From: Caulobacteraceae bacterium
GTDB lineage: Bacteria > Pseudomonadota > Alphaproteobacteria > Caulobacterales > Caulobacteraceae
Assembly: GCA_031291645.1 (NCBI GenBank)
Contig: JARLIQ010000038.1
Coordinates: 22,414-86,413 of the forward strand
DNA length: 64,000 bases
Direction: 5' to 3'
The notes under the pieces are model-generated. The model saw only the letters and a program-made list of their open reading frames with translations, searched no databases and was not told the origin of the DNA. Positions 35,246-46,213 of this stretch are shown piece by piece (position 1 is the first letter of the stretch; the number at the start of each line of letters is the position of its first letter). The position numbers were made by a program, and so were the translations under genes.

Positions 35246-36139
35246 GTGGCCCGTCTGTTCAACGCCTATGTGATCGTCGACTGGAGCGCGGCCTCCAAGC
35301 CGAACACGGGCGCGGATTCCGTCTGGATCGGCGTGCTGAAGCGCGACGTGCGCTTCCGCCTGGCGTTCGAATCCTTCAACCCGGCCACCCGCGGCGAGGC
35401 CGAGAAGAAGCTCGCCGCCGTGCTCGACGACCTGAAGAAACGGGGCGAACGCGCCCTTTTGGGCTTCGACTTCCCGCTCGGCTTCCCGCGCGGCTTCGCG
35501 GCGGCGCTGAAGCTGCCGGGCGAGGCGCCCTGGCGCGCGGCCTGGGACCAGCTCGACAAGATGGTCAAGGACAAGGCCGACAACACCAACAACCGCTTCG
35601 GCGTGGCCTCGGAGATCAACCGGCGCCTGACCGGCGGGCCCTTCCCCTTCTGGGGCTGTCCGCCGAAGGACACCCTGACCACCCTGCAGCCCAAGCGCGC
35701 CCGCGAGCACGGCCCGGACGACCTGCCCGAGCTGCGCTACGCCGACGCCGCGGCCAAGGCCGCCTCGATCTGGAAGCTCTATTACAACGGCTCGGTCGGC
35801 GGTCAGGCGATCCTCGGCATCCCCGCCGTGCGCCGCATCAAGCTGGCCCGCTGCGAGGCGGTGCGGGTCTGGCCGTTCGAAACGGGCTTCCAGGCGCTGA
35901 GCGAGGCCGACCTGGCCGGGGTCGAGGTGGTGGTGGCCGAGGTCTACCCGAGCCTGATCAAGGCGCCGCCGGTGGCCGGCGAGGTCAAGGACCTGACCCA
36001 GGTGCGCGCGACCGCCGAACACTTCGCCCGGCTGGACGAGGCCAACAAGCTGGGCGCGGCCTTCGCGCCGGCCAAGACCCTCCCGCCCGAGACGGTCGAG
36101 ATCGCCCAGCGCGAGGAAGGCTGGATCCTGGGGGCCTAG
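35246..36139 (+). CDS. Conserved hypothetical protein (DUF429-like)
   Basis: Good coding signal and a GTG start. N-terminus YVIVDWSAASKP...GFDFPLGFP. No function can be assigned from sequence alone. Confidence 0.6.
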   Translation: MARLFNAYVIVDWSAASKPNTGADSVWIGVLKRDVRFRLAFESFNPATRGEAEKKLAAVLDDLKKRGERALLGFDFPLGFPRGFAAALKLPGEAPWRAAWDQLDKMVKDKADNTNNRFGVASEINRRLTGGPFPFWGCPPKDTLTTLQPKRAREHGPDDLPELRYADAAAKAASIWKLYYNGSVGGQAILGIPAVRRIKLARCEAVRVWPFETGFQALSEADLAGVEVVVAEVYPSLIKAPPVAGEVKDLTQVRATAEHFARLDEANKLGAAFAPAKTLPPETVEIAQREEGWILGA

Positions 36140-36164
36140 CCTAACAGGCCCCTCGCCGACCCGC

Positions 36165-36620
36165 TCAACCCCGATCGCGCATCAGGCGGCCCTGTTCGCG
36201 CTTCCAGTCGCGATCGGCCTCGGCCTCGCGCTTGTCGTGCAGCTTCTTGCCCTTGGCCAGGGACAGTTCCAGCTTGGCGCGGCCCTTGTCGTCGAAATAG
36301 AGCCGCGTCGGGATCAGGGTTCGCCCCTCGCGCTGCACCGCGCCGGTCAGCCGGTCGATCTCCTTGCGGTGCAGCAGCAGTTTGCGCGGCCGGCGCGGCT
36401 CGTGATTGAAGCGGTTGGCCGGGCCGTATTCGGGGATGTAGGCGTTGACCAGGACGATCTCGCCGTTCTCGGCCGCGGCGTAGGACTCGGCGATGTTGGC
36501 GCGGCCAAGGCGCAGGGCCTTGACCTCCGTGCCCGTCAGCATCAGGCCGGCCTCGAAGGTCTCCTCCAGGAAGTAGTCGAACCGCGCCCGCCGGTTCTCG
36601 GCGATCAGCTTCTGGGTCAT
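36165..36620 (-). CDS. smpB: SsrA-binding protein SmpB
   Basis: [32 protein letters not shown]...LLLHRKEI is the canonical SmpB pattern. Confidence 0.95.
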   Translation of the reverse strand: MTQKLIAENRRARFDYFLEETFEAGLMLTGTEVKALRLGRANIAESYAAAENGEIVLVNAYIPEYGPANRFNHEPRRPRKLLLHRKEIDRLTGAVQREGRTLIPTRLYFDDKGRAKLELSLAKGKKLHDKREAEADRDWKREQGRLMRDRG

Positions 36621-37504
36621 CAGACCACGCCGGCCTCGCGCATGGCCGCGAGCACCTGGGGCTTCACCGTCTCCGAGCAGGGGGCGATCGGCAGGCGCGC
36701 CTCGTCGGCGCAGAGCCCGAGGTGCGCCAGGGCGAACTTGGTCGGCGACGGCGAGGCGTCGAGGAACAGCGCCTTGTGCAGCCGGATCAGCCGGTCCTGC
36801 CAGTACCGCGCGGTCCCGAAGTCGCCGGCGAGACAGGCGTTGTAGAAGGCCGCGCAGGCGTCCGGCGCGACGTTCGAGGTCACCGAGATGCAGCCGTGGC
36901 CACCGTGGGCGATGTAGCCCATGGCCGTCGGATCATCACCCGACAGCATCACCCAGTCCTCGCCGCAGGTCAGTCGCTGAAGGCTGGGACGCGAGAGGTC
37001 GCCCGTCGCGTCCTTGATCCCGACGATGTTCGGCAGGACCGACAGCCGCGCCAGGGTGTCGTTGTGGATGTCGACGCTGGTGCGGGACGGCACGTTGTAG
37101 ACCAGGACCGGCAGTTCGACCGCCTCGTTGACCGCCGCGTAGTGGCGGTAGAGCCCCTCCTGGCTCGGCCGGTTGTAGTAGGGCGTGACCATCAGCGCCG
37201 CGTCGGCGCCCACCGCCTTGGCGTGGCGGACCAGGTCGATGGCCTCGGCGGTCGCGTTGGAGCCCGCGCCGGCGATCACCGGGACGCGTCCGCGCGCCGT
37301 CTGGACGCACAACTCCACGACGCGGCGGTGCTCTTCGTGACTGAGGGTTGCTGATTCGCCGGTCGTGCCGACGGGCACCAAGCCATGCACCCCGCCCGCG
37401 ATTTGGCGCTCGACAAGCTCCACAAAGGCTGATTCGTCGACCTCGCCGCGACGAAATGGCGTGATGAGGGCCGTAAGAACGCCCGTAAAGAGGGGTTGGG
37501 ACAT
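36620..37504 (-). CDS. dapA: 4-hydroxy-tetrahydrodipicolinate synthase
   Basis: [17 protein letters not shown]...[17 protein letters not shown]...GIKDATGD. The track ORF (to 37798) carries a spurious N-terminal extension. Confidence 0.95.
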   Translation of the reverse strand: MSQPLFTGVLTALITPFRRGEVDESAFVELVERQIAGGVHGLVPVGTTGESATLSHEEHRRVVELCVQTARGRVPVIAGAGSNATAEAIDLVRHAKAVGADAALMVTPYYNRPSQEGLYRHYAAVNEAVELPVLVYNVPSRTSVDIHNDTLARLSVLPNIVGIKDATGDLSRPSLQRLTCGEDWVMLSGDDPTAMGYIAHGGHGCISVTSNVAPDACAAFYNACLAGDFGTARYWQDRLIRLHKALFLDASPSPTKFALAHLGLCADEARLPIAPCSETVKPQVLAAMREAGVV

Positions 37505-37629
37505 GTGAAACCGCAAAATGCCGTGATTTGGGTCTACCGCGCTTGCGGCCCCGATTGCGGCGGACAATATGGCCCCGGGCGTGGACGCCGCAACTGCGCT
37601 TGTCCGGGGGGCGAACGGAGAGTGGAGTT

Positions 37630-39936
37630 TTGACGCTGTCGATCGGCCGCGGTTTGATGTTGTTCGCTTCGGTCGCCCTCGCGGCCACGCCGGTGCTCGC
37701 CCAGACGAGCGCGCTATCCAGCGCCAGCTATCCGGCGCCTGGGGCCTCGGGCGCCGCCACGCCGATCGGGGCGGCCAACGCCGTCGGTAACCCCGCAACC
37801 CCCGCCTCGGTTCCAGCGGCGACGGGCCAGGCGCCGCCCGTGCGGTTCCCGGCGCTCACCGCGTCGGGCTTGCCCAGCGGCGCCGATCTCGACTCCCTGG
37901 CCACGGCCATCGCCGCCGCGCGCCGCGGCCAGGCCTCCGCCGCCCAGGCCGCGATCGAGCAGATCGCCGATCCGGCGGCGCGCAAGGTCGCGCTCTGGGC
38001 CCTGGTCGACGCCGATGGCGAACAGCTGCCGTTCTTCCAGCTCGACCAGGCGCGCCGCGACTTGGCCGGCTGGCCCCGCGTCACCCGCCGCCAGCAGGTG
38101 GCCGAGAAGGCGATCGACGGAGCGGGCCTGCCGCCGGCCCAGGTCATCGCCTGGTTCCAGGCCGCCGCTCCGACGACGCCGCAGGGCGCCATGGCCCTCG
38201 CCGGCGCCTACCAGCTGGCCGGCCGCAATCAGGACGCCCAGGCGCTGATCAAGACTTGGTGGCGCAACCGCCCGTTCGACGCCGGCGTCCAGCGCACCAT
38301 GCTGACCCGCTTCGGCGCCTATCTGACGATGGACGACCACATCGCCCGGGCCGACACCCTGCTTTACGGGAGCGCCAGCCCGGCGCTGAGCGACGTGCTG
38401 GCGATGCTGCCGCCCGACCAGAGGGCCTTGGCCGACGCGCGCCTGGCGCTGCACGACGAGGCCAGCGACGCCAACGCCCGGGTGGCCGCCCTGCCACCGG
38501 CCTTGGCCAAGAGTCCGGGCCTGGCGGTCGACAGCGCCCGCTACCTGCTCTCGCGCAACCTCGACGAGGTGGCGCTGGAACTGGCGTCCAGCTTCCCGGC
38601 CGTGCTGCCCAACGCCGACGCGGCCAGCAAGGTCTGGGTCCTGCGCCGGCAGATGATCAACACCGCCCTGCGCGACCGGGACTACCGCGCCGCCTACGCC
38701 GCGGCGACCAACACCGGCCTGACCACCGGCGTCGACTACACCGAGGCGGAGTTCTACGCCGGCTGGATCGCCTTCTCGAAGCTGCACGACCCGGCCGCCG
38801 CCGACCAGCACTTCGCCAGGATCCAGGCGGCCGCCGGCACCCCGATCACCCAGGCCCGCGCGCTTTACTGGCGCGGCCGCGCCGCCGAGGCGATGGGCGA
38901 CCCCGGCGTCGCCAAGGCCTTCTACACCGACGGCGCGCGCTACCTGACGACCTTCTACGGCCAGCTCGCCGCCGGCCGGGCCGGAATCCAGCAGATATCG
39001 CTCGGCCACGATCCCGAGCCGACCCCGGCCGACCGCGCGCGCTTCGACAGCCGCGAACTGGTGCGCGGCGCGCGGATGCTGGCGGCGATCGGCGACAAGG
39101 AGTTGTTCCGCGCCTTCATGCTGTGCATGGCCGACAACCTGCCGAACGGCCAGGAATACGCCATGCTGGTCGACATGGCGCGCGGCTCGGGCGACCAGGA
39201 CCTGGCCATGCGGGTCGTGCGGCTGGGCGCCCAGCACGGCTATGTGCTGCCCGACCGGGGCTATCCGGTCCGCTCGGCGCCCAATTCGCCGGAAGCGGCC
39301 GAGGCGGCGATGGTGTTCGGCATCACCCGCCAGGAAAGCGGCTTCGATCCCTACGTCCGCTCCCCGGTCGGGGCGCGCGGCATGATGCAGCTGATGCCGC
39401 GCACGGCCGAGGTGATCGCGCGCCGGATCGGCGAGCCCTATGGCGCAGGGCGGCTGGACGACCCCGACTACAACATGCGGCTGGGCGCTTCCTACCTGGG
39501 CCATATGATCAACAACTTCAGCGGCTCGTACGTGCTGGCGGCGGCGGCCTACAACGCCGGTCCCGGCCGGCCGGCTGAGTGGGTTGGCTATTGTGGCGAC
39601 CCGCGGACCTCGAGCGTCGACCCGGTCGACTTCATCGAGTGCATCCCCTTCTCCGAGACCCGCAACTACGTCATGCGCGTCTTGGAGGCCGCCGAGGTCT
39701 ACCGCGCCCGGCTGAACGGCGGCGCAGCGCCCCTGAACCTGGCGGCCGACCTCAAGCGCGGTGGATACCTCTACCAGGTCAGCAACACCGCTCCGCCCGC
39801 CGCGACCGGCGGGGTGAGCGCCCTTCCCCCTTCGCGCACGACGGCGGTGGCGGCGGCCGGCGGCGCCGCGATCATCGACGCCTCGACCCCGATCTCGATC
39901 GCGCCCGGGGTCAGCGTCCAGGGCGCGGTGCGCTAG
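37630..39936 (+). CDS. Soluble lytic murein transglycosylase (Slt70-like)
   Basis: Signal peptide [16 protein letters not shown], a long superhelical N-domain and a C-terminal SLT catalytic block ([27 protein letters not shown]...AAAYNAGPG). The start is TTG 37630 or ATG 37657. Confidence 0.85.
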   Translation: MTLSIGRGLMLFASVALAATPVLAQTSALSSASYPAPGASGAATPIGAANAVGNPATPASVPAATGQAPPVRFPALTASGLPSGADLDSLATAIAAARRGQASAAQAAIEQIADPAARKVALWALVDADGEQLPFFQLDQARRDLAGWPRVTRRQQVAEKAIDGAGLPPAQVIAWFQAAAPTTPQGAMALAGAYQLAGRNQDAQALIKTWWRNRPFDAGVQRTMLTRFGAYLTMDDHIARADTLLYGSASPALSDVLAMLPPDQRALADARLALHDEASDANARVAALPPALAKSPGLAVDSARYLLSRNLDEVALELASSFPAVLPNADAASKVWVLRRQMINTALRDRDYRAAYAAATNTGLTTGVDYTEAEFYAGWIAFSKLHDPAAADQHFARIQAAAGTPITQARALYWRGRAAEAMGDPGVAKAFYTDGARYLTTFYGQLAAGRAGIQQISLGHDPEPTPADRARFDSRELVRGARMLAAIGDKELFRAFMLCMADNLPNGQEYAMLVDMARGSGDQDLAMRVVRLGAQHGYVLPDRGYPVRSAPNSPEAAEAAMVFGITRQESGFDPYVRSPVGARGMMQLMPRTAEVIARRIGEPYGAGRLDDPDYNMRLGASYLGHMINNFSGSYVLAAAAYNAGPGRPAEWVGYCGDPRTSSVDPVDFIECIPFSETRNYVMRVLEAAEVYRARLNGGAAPLNLAADLKRGGYLYQVSNTAPPAATGGVSALPPSRTTAVAAAGGAAIIDASTPISIAPGVSVQGAVR

Positions 39937-40685
39937 AGCCGGCGGGCGGCGAGGACCAGACCGGCCGGCGTCTCCTGCAATGAGCCGTCCAGGCTGAATG
40001 CGGCCCTCAATATCTCAGGCCTCAGCGCCTCCAGGGGCGGGCCGTCGGCGACCACCTGGCCAGCGCGCAGGACGACCAGCCGGTCGCAGGCCCGCGCCGC
40101 CAGGGTGAGGTCGTGCAGGGTGACGATCACGGCCCGGCCGGCGCCCGCCTCTTCGCGCAGCAGTTCGAGCGCCAGCAGCTGGGCGTCGGGGTCGAGGCCG
40201 GACACCGGCTCGTCGGCGACCAGCAGGGGTGCGCGGGTGGCCAGCAAACGGGCCAGCAGCGCCCTCGCCCGCTCGCCGCCGGACATCTCCAGCACACCGC
40301 GCTCGGCCAGGTCGGCCATGCCGACCCGCGCCAGGGCCACCAGCGCCGCCTGCCGCGCCGCTGGCGAGGGCCGGTCGACCGCGCCGAGGGCGGCGATGCG
40401 CCAAACCGGCAGGCTCCAGGCGATACGCCGCTCCTGCGGCAGATAGGCCGCCAGCGCCGCCCGCTCGGCTTCCTTCAAGAGGCCGACCCGCCGCCCGCCG
40501 AGCGACGCCGTCCCGCCCGCCAGTGGAACCAGCCCCAGGAGCGCGCGCAGCAGGGTGGTCTTTCCCGCTCCGTTGGGCCCGACGACGCCAACCACCTCGC
40601 CCGGCTCGATGGACAGGTTGGCTTGGTCCAGCACCGCCCGTCCGGCCAGCCGCACGCTCGCCCTCTCGAGCCCGGCCGCGCTCAC
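39933..40685 (-). CDS. ABC transporter ATP-binding protein (FecE/BtuD-type)
   Basis: Walker A GPNGAGKTTLL, signature MSGGERARA and Walker B LLVADEP. Confidence 0.9.
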   Translation of the reverse strand: MSAAGLERASVRLAGRAVLDQANLSIEPGEVVGVVGPNGAGKTTLLRALLGLVPLAGGTASLGGRRVGLLKEAERAALAAYLPQERRIAWSLPVWRIAALGAVDRPSPAARQAALVALARVGMADLAERGVLEMSGGERARALLARLLATRAPLLVADEPVSGLDPDAQLLALELLREEAGAGRAVIVTLHDLTLAARACDRLVVLRAGQVVADGPPLEALRPEILRAAFSLDGSLQETPAGLVLAARRL

Positions 40686-41668
40686 GCCCGCCAGCTCCGC
40701 GCGACTCGGGCCGCGATCAGGGCGAACAGCGGCGCGCCGAACAGGGCCGTCACCACCCCGAGCTTGAGCTCGACCTCGGTCGGCAGGATGCGGCCCACGA
40801 GGTCGGCCGCGACCAGGAGGATCGCTCCGGCCAGGGCCGAGGGGAGCAGCACGCGCGCGGGATCGTGCCGCACCGCGCCCCGCACCAGGTGCGGGGCCAC
40901 CAGGCCCACGAAGCCGATCACCCCGGCGGCCGCGACCGCCGCGCCCGTGAGCAGCGCCGCGCCCGCCACCGACGCGGCCCGCATCCGCGCCATCGGCAGA
41001 CCGGACAGGGCGGCCGCCTCCTCGCCCAGGGTCATCATCACCAGTCCTCGGGCCGCGTAGGCGCAGAGCCCCGCGCCCAGCGCCATCGGCGCCAACGCCC
41101 AGGCGACGTCGCCCCAGTCACGATTGGCCACCGAGCCCATGAGCCAGGACAGGATATCGCGGGTCGCCATCGGCGAGAGCGACAGGTTGAACACCAGGGC
41201 GGTCAGGGCGCCGGCGAAGGCCGACAAGGCGACGCCGAACAGGATCAGGGTCTCGGGCTCGCGGAACCGGGCGGCGGCCACGATCACGGCCAGGCCCGCC
41301 AACAGGGCCCCAGCCAGGGCCGCGCCCTCGATCGCGCCGGGAACGACCGCCAGGCCGAGGGCGATGGCGGCGGCGGCGCCGAGACCGCCCCCGGCCGAGA
41401 CGCCCAGCACGCCCGGCTCGGCCAGGGGATTGCGCAGCAGTCCCTGCATCACCGCGCCCGCCAGGCCGAGCGCTCCGCCGACCACCGCGGCGGCGACCAC
41501 ACGCGGCGCGCGCAGCGCCCAGAGGACCTCGCCCGGCGGTGAAGACGGCGCGCGGAAGGCCTGGACGTACTGGACGCCGCTGAGCGGGGCTTCGCCGAAC
41601 GCGATCGCCGTCGCGGCCAGGACCAGCAGCGCCAGCACGAGAAGAGCCGAGAGCCGGCCGGCGCTCAT
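40682..41668 (-). CDS. FecCD-family ABC permease (iron-chelate/B12 type)
   Basis: Begins MSAGRLSALLVLALLVLAATAIAFG at ATG 41668. The protein is multi-TM and Gly/Ala-rich. The track ORF to 42376 is an out-of-frame extension over the binding-protein gene. Confidence 0.85.
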   Translation of the reverse strand: MSAGRLSALLVLALLVLAATAIAFGEAPLSGVQYVQAFRAPSSPPGEVLWALRAPRVVAAAVVGGALGLAGAVMQGLLRNPLAEPGVLGVSAGGGLGAAAAIALGLAVVPGAIEGAALAGALLAGLAVIVAAARFREPETLILFGVALSAFAGALTALVFNLSLSPMATRDILSWLMGSVANRDWGDVAWALAPMALGAGLCAYAARGLVMMTLGEEAAALSGLPMARMRAASVAGAALLTGAAVAAAGVIGFVGLVAPHLVRGAVRHDPARVLLPSALAGAILLVAADLVGRILPTEVELKLGVVTALFGAPLFALIAARVARSWRA

Positions 41669-42480
41669 GGCTTTCGGGCCTGGGCCAGGGTCTGGGCGGC
41701 GTCGGCGGCGAACCAGGCGGGGCAGCCGAGTTCGGACGCGGGCAGGCTGGCGATGGCCCGCCGCCGCGCCATCGCCTGCAACAGGCCGTTGCGCCCCGGG
41801 CCCCATTGCTGCTGCGCCACCCCGAAGGCGTCGAAGAAACCCAGGACCAGGGCGAACGGCGGATCCAGCACCAGGCGCTCCATCGAGACCGGCCCATAGC
41901 CCGGCGCCGCCCGGTCGCTCAAGCCCGCGCCCGCCAGTATGGCGTGGACCAGGGTCCCGGGCCCGGCGGTGAACCCGCTGGGGGTCAGGTAGAGCGCGCT
42001 CTTGCCGGCCCAGGCGCCGCGCGCGGCGGCCAGCTGGGCGTCCATCCGGGCGATCAGCGCCTCGCCCCGCGCCGGCTCGCCGAGCGCTGCGGCGACGCGG
42101 CGGACGTTGGCGCGCACGCCCTCGAAATCGGCGGCTTCGCCGATCCGCACCACCGTTATGCGGCGGCGGGTCAAGAGGTCGGCCAGCTTCTGGTCGCCGC
42201 CCCAGTAGCGGACCACGACCTGCGGCGAGGCGGCCAGGATCGCCTCGCTCGACGCGCGGCGGCGCGGCAGTCCTGCGCTCTGCGCGCCCAGGAAGGAATC
42301 GCGGTCGCCGACGCGCGGCGACAGGCCGACGATCGCGCCTCGCGGGGCCAGCGCCAGCACGTATTGGTCGGCGCACTGGTCCAGCGACATGACCCTCGCC
42401 GCCGCTGCCGCCGCCACGGCGCCGGTCAGGGCGAAACAGAGCGCCAGGGCGCCGGCGAGGCTCGCGCGGGCGCCCGGCAT
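41665..42480 (-). CDS. Periplasmic substrate-binding protein (BtuF/FhuD-like) of the ABC importer
   Basis: Signal peptide MPGARASLAGALALCFALTGAVAAAAAA, a cluster-A SBP-like length (271 aa) and an ATGA overlap with the permease gene. Confidence 0.75.
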   Translation of the reverse strand: MPGARASLAGALALCFALTGAVAAAAAARVMSLDQCADQYVLALAPRGAIVGLSPRVGDRDSFLGAQSAGLPRRRASSEAILAASPQVVVRYWGGDQKLADLLTRRRITVVRIGEAADFEGVRANVRRVAAALGEPARGEALIARMDAQLAAARGAWAGKSALYLTPSGFTAGPGTLVHAILAGAGLSDRAAPGYGPVSMERLVLDPPFALVLGFFDAFGVAQQQWGPGRNGLLQAMARRRAIASLPASELGCPAWFAADAAQTLAQARKP

Positions 42481-42484
42481 GGGA

Positions 42485-43117
42485 TCAGTCGACGACTTGG
42501 CCCTGGAACAGGCTGTCCAGCAGGACCGTGATCAGCTCGTCGTCCGCCGCCCAGTCGACGTTGGGCCGGCCGATGCGCAGGGTGACCACGCCGTGGCAGG
42601 CGCCCCACAGCACCTGGGCGGCGATGTCCACGCCGCTACGCAGACGGCCTTCCTTGGCGACGTCGGCGATCGTGCCCTTGAACCGCTCGTAGCAGCGCGC
42701 GCCAAGCTCCGAGGCGGCGGTGCGCTTGCCCGGCGAAATCTCGTCCGGGGAGGAGCAGAAGGTCAGCCAATAGGTGTTCGGATTGTCCAGGCCGAAACGC
42801 ATGTAGGCGTCGAGCATCAGCCGCACCCGGCTGACCGAGTCGATCGGCCGCCCCGCGATCTCGGTGTTCTGCGCCAGCAGCGCGCTGATCGCGCCCTCGC
42901 AGATTTCCAGCAGGATCTCGTCCTTGTCGCGGAAGTGCATGTAGAGCGCGGTCGACGAGACCCCAACCTCGTCGGCGATCTTGCGGATGGTCGCGCCCTG
43001 GTAGCCGTCGCGCAGGAAAATGCGCTCGGCGGCCTGCAGGATTTCCGCGCGCCGCAGGTGGCCGTCCCCCTTGGCCTTGCGGGCGGACTTCGGCGGTTTG
43101 TTCAAGGTGATCGTCAC
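42485..43117 (-). CDS. TetR-family transcriptional regulator
   Basis: HTH block ILQAAERIFLRDGYQGATIRKIADEVGVSSTALYMHFRDK. The likely start is GTG 43117. It lies 4 nt upstream of the ABC importer genes (same operon). Confidence 0.85.
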   Translation of the reverse strand: MTITLNKPPKSARKAKGDGHLRRAEILQAAERIFLRDGYQGATIRKIADEVGVSSTALYMHFRDKDEILLEICEGAISALLAQNTEIAGRPIDSVSRVRLMLDAYMRFGLDNPNTYWLTFCSSPDEISPGKRTAASELGARCYERFKGTIADVAKEGRLRSGVDIAAQVLWGACHGVVTLRIGRPNVDWAADDELITVLLDSLFQGQVVD

Positions 43118-43280
43118 GAACTCGTTCCCCAGACAGTCCCCGTAAACACCTAACGAGAATCGCGGGCCGGCCGCAAGCGCTCGTCCGCGTACGGCTGAGT
43201 CTAAACGATTGTTCAAACAAGCGTTTAGCATGCAACGCAGGCGCTGGACGAAGGCCGCCGTTCCCGCGTAAGCCGAACCC

Positions 43281-44189
43281 ATGAAACCGGCCCGAAAGCC
43301 CGAACTGGCGCCCGCGCCCCTCGTCATGCGCACGGGGGCCTGGGACGACTATGCGATGATCGACAGCGGCCATGGCCGGAAGCTGGAGCGCTACGGCCCC
43401 TATCGCGTCGTGCGGCCCGAACCCCAGTGCCTCTGGGCGCCGCGCCTGGACGAGGCGGCCTGGAGTATGGCCGACGCGGTGTTCGATCCGGCGGGCGACG
43501 AGGACGAGGGCCGCTGGCGCTTCTCCGGCCGGCCGAAGGAAACCTGGCCGCTGGCCTGGCGCGGCGTGAAATTCAGCGGCCGGTTCACGGCCTTCCGCCA
43601 CCTGGCCTTCTTCCCCGAGCAGGCGGCCAACTGGGCGTGGCTGGACCAGGCGGTGCGCGCCTCGGCCGCGCCCATGCGGGTCTTGAACCTGTTCGGCTAC
43701 ACTGGCGTCGCCAGCCTGGTCTGCGCCTCGGCCGGCGCGGCCGTGACCCACGTCGACGCCTCGAAAAAGGCCATCGGCTGGGCGCGCGAGAATGCGGAGC
43801 TGTCGGGCCTGGCGGACCGCCCGATCCGGTGGATCTGCGAGGACGCGCGCCGCTACGTCCAGCGCGAGGCGCGGCGCGGCTCGACCTATGAAGGGATCAT
43901 CCTCGATCCGCCCAAATACGGCCGTGGCCCCGGCGGCGAGGTCTGGCGGCTATTCGAGGACCTGCCCGAGCTGCTGCGGCTCTGCGTCGAGCTGTTGTCC
44001 GGCGAGGCCCGGTTCCTGGTGCTCAACGCCTATGCGGAGCGGATCTCCGGCCTCTCGCTCGGCGCGCTCCTGACCGAGGCCATGGCCGGCCGCGGCGGTC
44101 GGGTCGACTGGGGCGAGCTGGCGCTGATGGAAGAGGCCGGCGAGCGTGGCGTCGGCCTGTCGTTCTTCGCCCGCTGGAGCGCCGAATGA
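43281..44189 (+). CDS. Class I SAM-dependent RNA methyltransferase (RlmI/YcbY-like)
   Basis: VLNLFGYTGVASL...VTHVDASK...IILDPPKYGRGP motifs. Confidence 0.75.
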   Translation: MKPARKPELAPAPLVMRTGAWDDYAMIDSGHGRKLERYGPYRVVRPEPQCLWAPRLDEAAWSMADAVFDPAGDEDEGRWRFSGRPKETWPLAWRGVKFSGRFTAFRHLAFFPEQAANWAWLDQAVRASAAPMRVLNLFGYTGVASLVCASAGAAVTHVDASKKAIGWARENAELSGLADRPIRWICEDARRYVQREARRGSTYEGIILDPPKYGRGPGGEVWRLFEDLPELLRLCVELLSGEARFLVLNAYAERISGLSLGALLTEAMAGRGGRVDWGELALMEEAGERGVGLSFFARWSAE

Positions 44190-44977
44190 GCGCGCGGCAG
44201 GTCACCTCCCTGACCAACCCCACGGTCAAGGCCGTCCGCGCCCTGCATCTGCGCAAGGAGCGTGAGGAAAGCGGCCTGTTCCTCGCCGAGGGGCTGAAGC
44301 TGATCGGCGAGGCGTTGGAGATCGGCCACACGCCGCGCATCCTGATGTTCGGTCCCGAGGCCCGCACCCTTCCCTTCCTGGTCCGCGTCGCCGGGGCCAC
44401 CGAAGCGGCCGGCGGCGAGGTGATCGAGGTCACCCGCGACATCCTGGAGAAGGTCTCCCGGCGAGAGAACCCGCAGATGGTGATCGCCGTCTTCGCCCAG
44501 CGGTTCGGCGAGCTCGCCGCGCTCGATCCCCGCTCGGCCGACTGCTGGGTGGCGCTGCAGGCGGTGCGCGATCCGGGCAACCTCGGCACCATCGTGCGGA
44601 CCGCCGACGCGGCCGGCTGCGGCGGGGTGATCCTGGTCGGCGACTGCTGCGATCCCTATTCGGTCGAGGCGGTGCGCGCGACCATGGGCTCGATCTTCGC
44701 CGTGCCGCTGTTCAAGGCCACCGTCGCCGAGTTCATCGCATGGCGCGCGTCCTGGCCCGGCTCGGTGGTGGGCACCCTGCTCACGGCCAGCGTCGACCAC
44801 CGCGCGGCGGACTACCGTCGCCCGACCCTGATCCTGATGGGCAACGAGCAGGCCGGCCTGCCGCCCGAACTGGCCGCCACCTGCGACGTCAACGTCAAGA
44901 TCCCGATGCGCGGCCGCGCCGACAGCCTGAACCTGGCGGTGGCGACGGGGATCATGATCTACGCCGCGACGGGGTGA
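44186..44977 (+). CDS. TrmH/SpoU-family RNA 2'-O-methyltransferase
   Basis: DPGNLGTIVRTADAAG...MGNEQAGL...IPMRGRADSLNLAVATGIMIY are SpoU motifs 1-3. Confidence 0.9.
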   Translation: MSARQVTSLTNPTVKAVRALHLRKEREESGLFLAEGLKLIGEALEIGHTPRILMFGPEARTLPFLVRVAGATEAAGGEVIEVTRDILEKVSRRENPQMVIAVFAQRFGELAALDPRSADCWVALQAVRDPGNLGTIVRTADAAGCGGVILVGDCCDPYSVEAVRATMGSIFAVPLFKATVAEFIAWRASWPGSVVGTLLTASVDHRAADYRRPTLILMGNEQAGLPPELAATCDVNVKIPMRGRADSLNLAVATGIMIYAATG

Positions 44978-45105
44978 GCCCTGGAACACGTCGGGACCTC
45001 ACGGCTTGCGCCAGCTTGAGCGCATGCGTATCTGCCGGTGCGGCGGCCCTGCGCTATGGCCCGGGCGCCATCATCCGCCAAAGGCGATAAGAGGGGGACT
45101 GCGAC

Positions 45106-46122
45106 ATGCAGAGCAGACGGCTGGGCAAGAGCGCGGTCGCGGTATCGCCGATCTGCATGGGCACGATGACCTTCGGCTCCCAGGCCGACGAGGCCATGGC
45201 CCATCGCATCCTCGACAAGTCGTTCGACGCCGGGATCAACTTCTTCGACACCGCCGAGAACTATCCGGTCCCCCCCAAGGAGGAATGGGCCGGCCTGACG
45301 GAGGAGATCGTCGGGCGCTGGATGCGGACCAAGAACCGCGACGCCCTGATCATTGCGACCAAGGTCTCGGGCCCGAGCCACGGCTGGCTCAGGTCCTCCC
45401 AGCGCGCCGGCATGACCGCGCTCGACCGGCACAACGTCGTGCGCGCCATCGAAGCGAGCCTGCGACGCCTCGGCACCGACTACGTCGACCTCTACCAGAC
45501 CCACTGGCCGGATCACGGCGCGCGCTATGAAGAGGCGCTCGGCGCGCTGGACGACCTGATCCGCGAGGGCAAGGTGCGGGTGATCGGCTGCAGCAACGAG
45601 ACCACCTGGGGGCTGATGAACAGCCTGGCCGTCTCCGACCGCGAGGGCGTCGCCCGTTACGACACCATCCAGAACAACTTCAGCCTGAACAACCGGCGCT
45701 TCGAGGACGAGCTGGCCCAGGCCTGCCGCCAGGAGGGCGTCAGCCTGATCCCCTATTCGCCGCTGGGCGGCGGGGTGCTGTCGGGCAAGTACCAGGGCGG
45801 AGCGACGCCGGAAGGCGCGCGCTTCTCCAACTACCTCAAGCTGGGCGGTCGGCAGGCCGCGATGGCCCGGCGCTTCGTCAACGACAAGACCCTGGCCTCC
45901 ACCGAGCGGTTCGCCGCCATCGCCGCCGAGGCGGGCATGTCGCTGGTGACCCTGGCCACCGCCTGGAGCAAGCAGCACGACTTCGTCGCCTCGACCATCG
46001 TCGGCGCGACCCACGTCGATCAGGTCGATGACATCCTCGCGGCGGGCGACCTGACGCTCAGCGACGAGGTGATGAAGGCGATAGACGCGGTGTCGAAGGA
46101 CATCCTCTACCCGATGGGCTGA
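45106..46122 (+). CDS. Aldo/keto reductase
   Basis: GTMTFG...INFFDTAENY...DLYQTHWPD...NNFSL are AKR signatures. Confidence 0.9.
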   Translation: MQSRRLGKSAVAVSPICMGTMTFGSQADEAMAHRILDKSFDAGINFFDTAENYPVPPKEEWAGLTEEIVGRWMRTKNRDALIIATKVSGPSHGWLRSSQRAGMTALDRHNVVRAIEASLRRLGTDYVDLYQTHWPDHGARYEEALGALDDLIREGKVRVIGCSNETTWGLMNSLAVSDREGVARYDTIQNNFSLNNRRFEDELAQACRQEGVSLIPYSPLGGGVLSGKYQGGATPEGARFSNYLKLGGRQAAMARRFVNDKTLASTERFAAIAAEAGMSLVTLATAWSKQHDFVASTIVGATHVDQVDDILAAGDLTLSDEVMKAIDAVSKDILYPMG

Positions 46123-46213
46123 GGCTTCGGCCCCGAGGACACGGGTCGCGCCCGGCCTGCCGATTCAAGCCGGGCGCGGCACGGCGCCAGCCGTCCCCTT
46201 GGTCGCAACGAGA

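Noticed and set aside
40682-42376. A 564-aa ORF suggesting a giant permease.
   Set aside because: Only the C-terminal 328 aa (from ATG 41668) are membrane-protein-like. The N-terminal part is Arg/Pro junk overlapping the real periplasmic binding-protein gene (41665..42480) in another frame.
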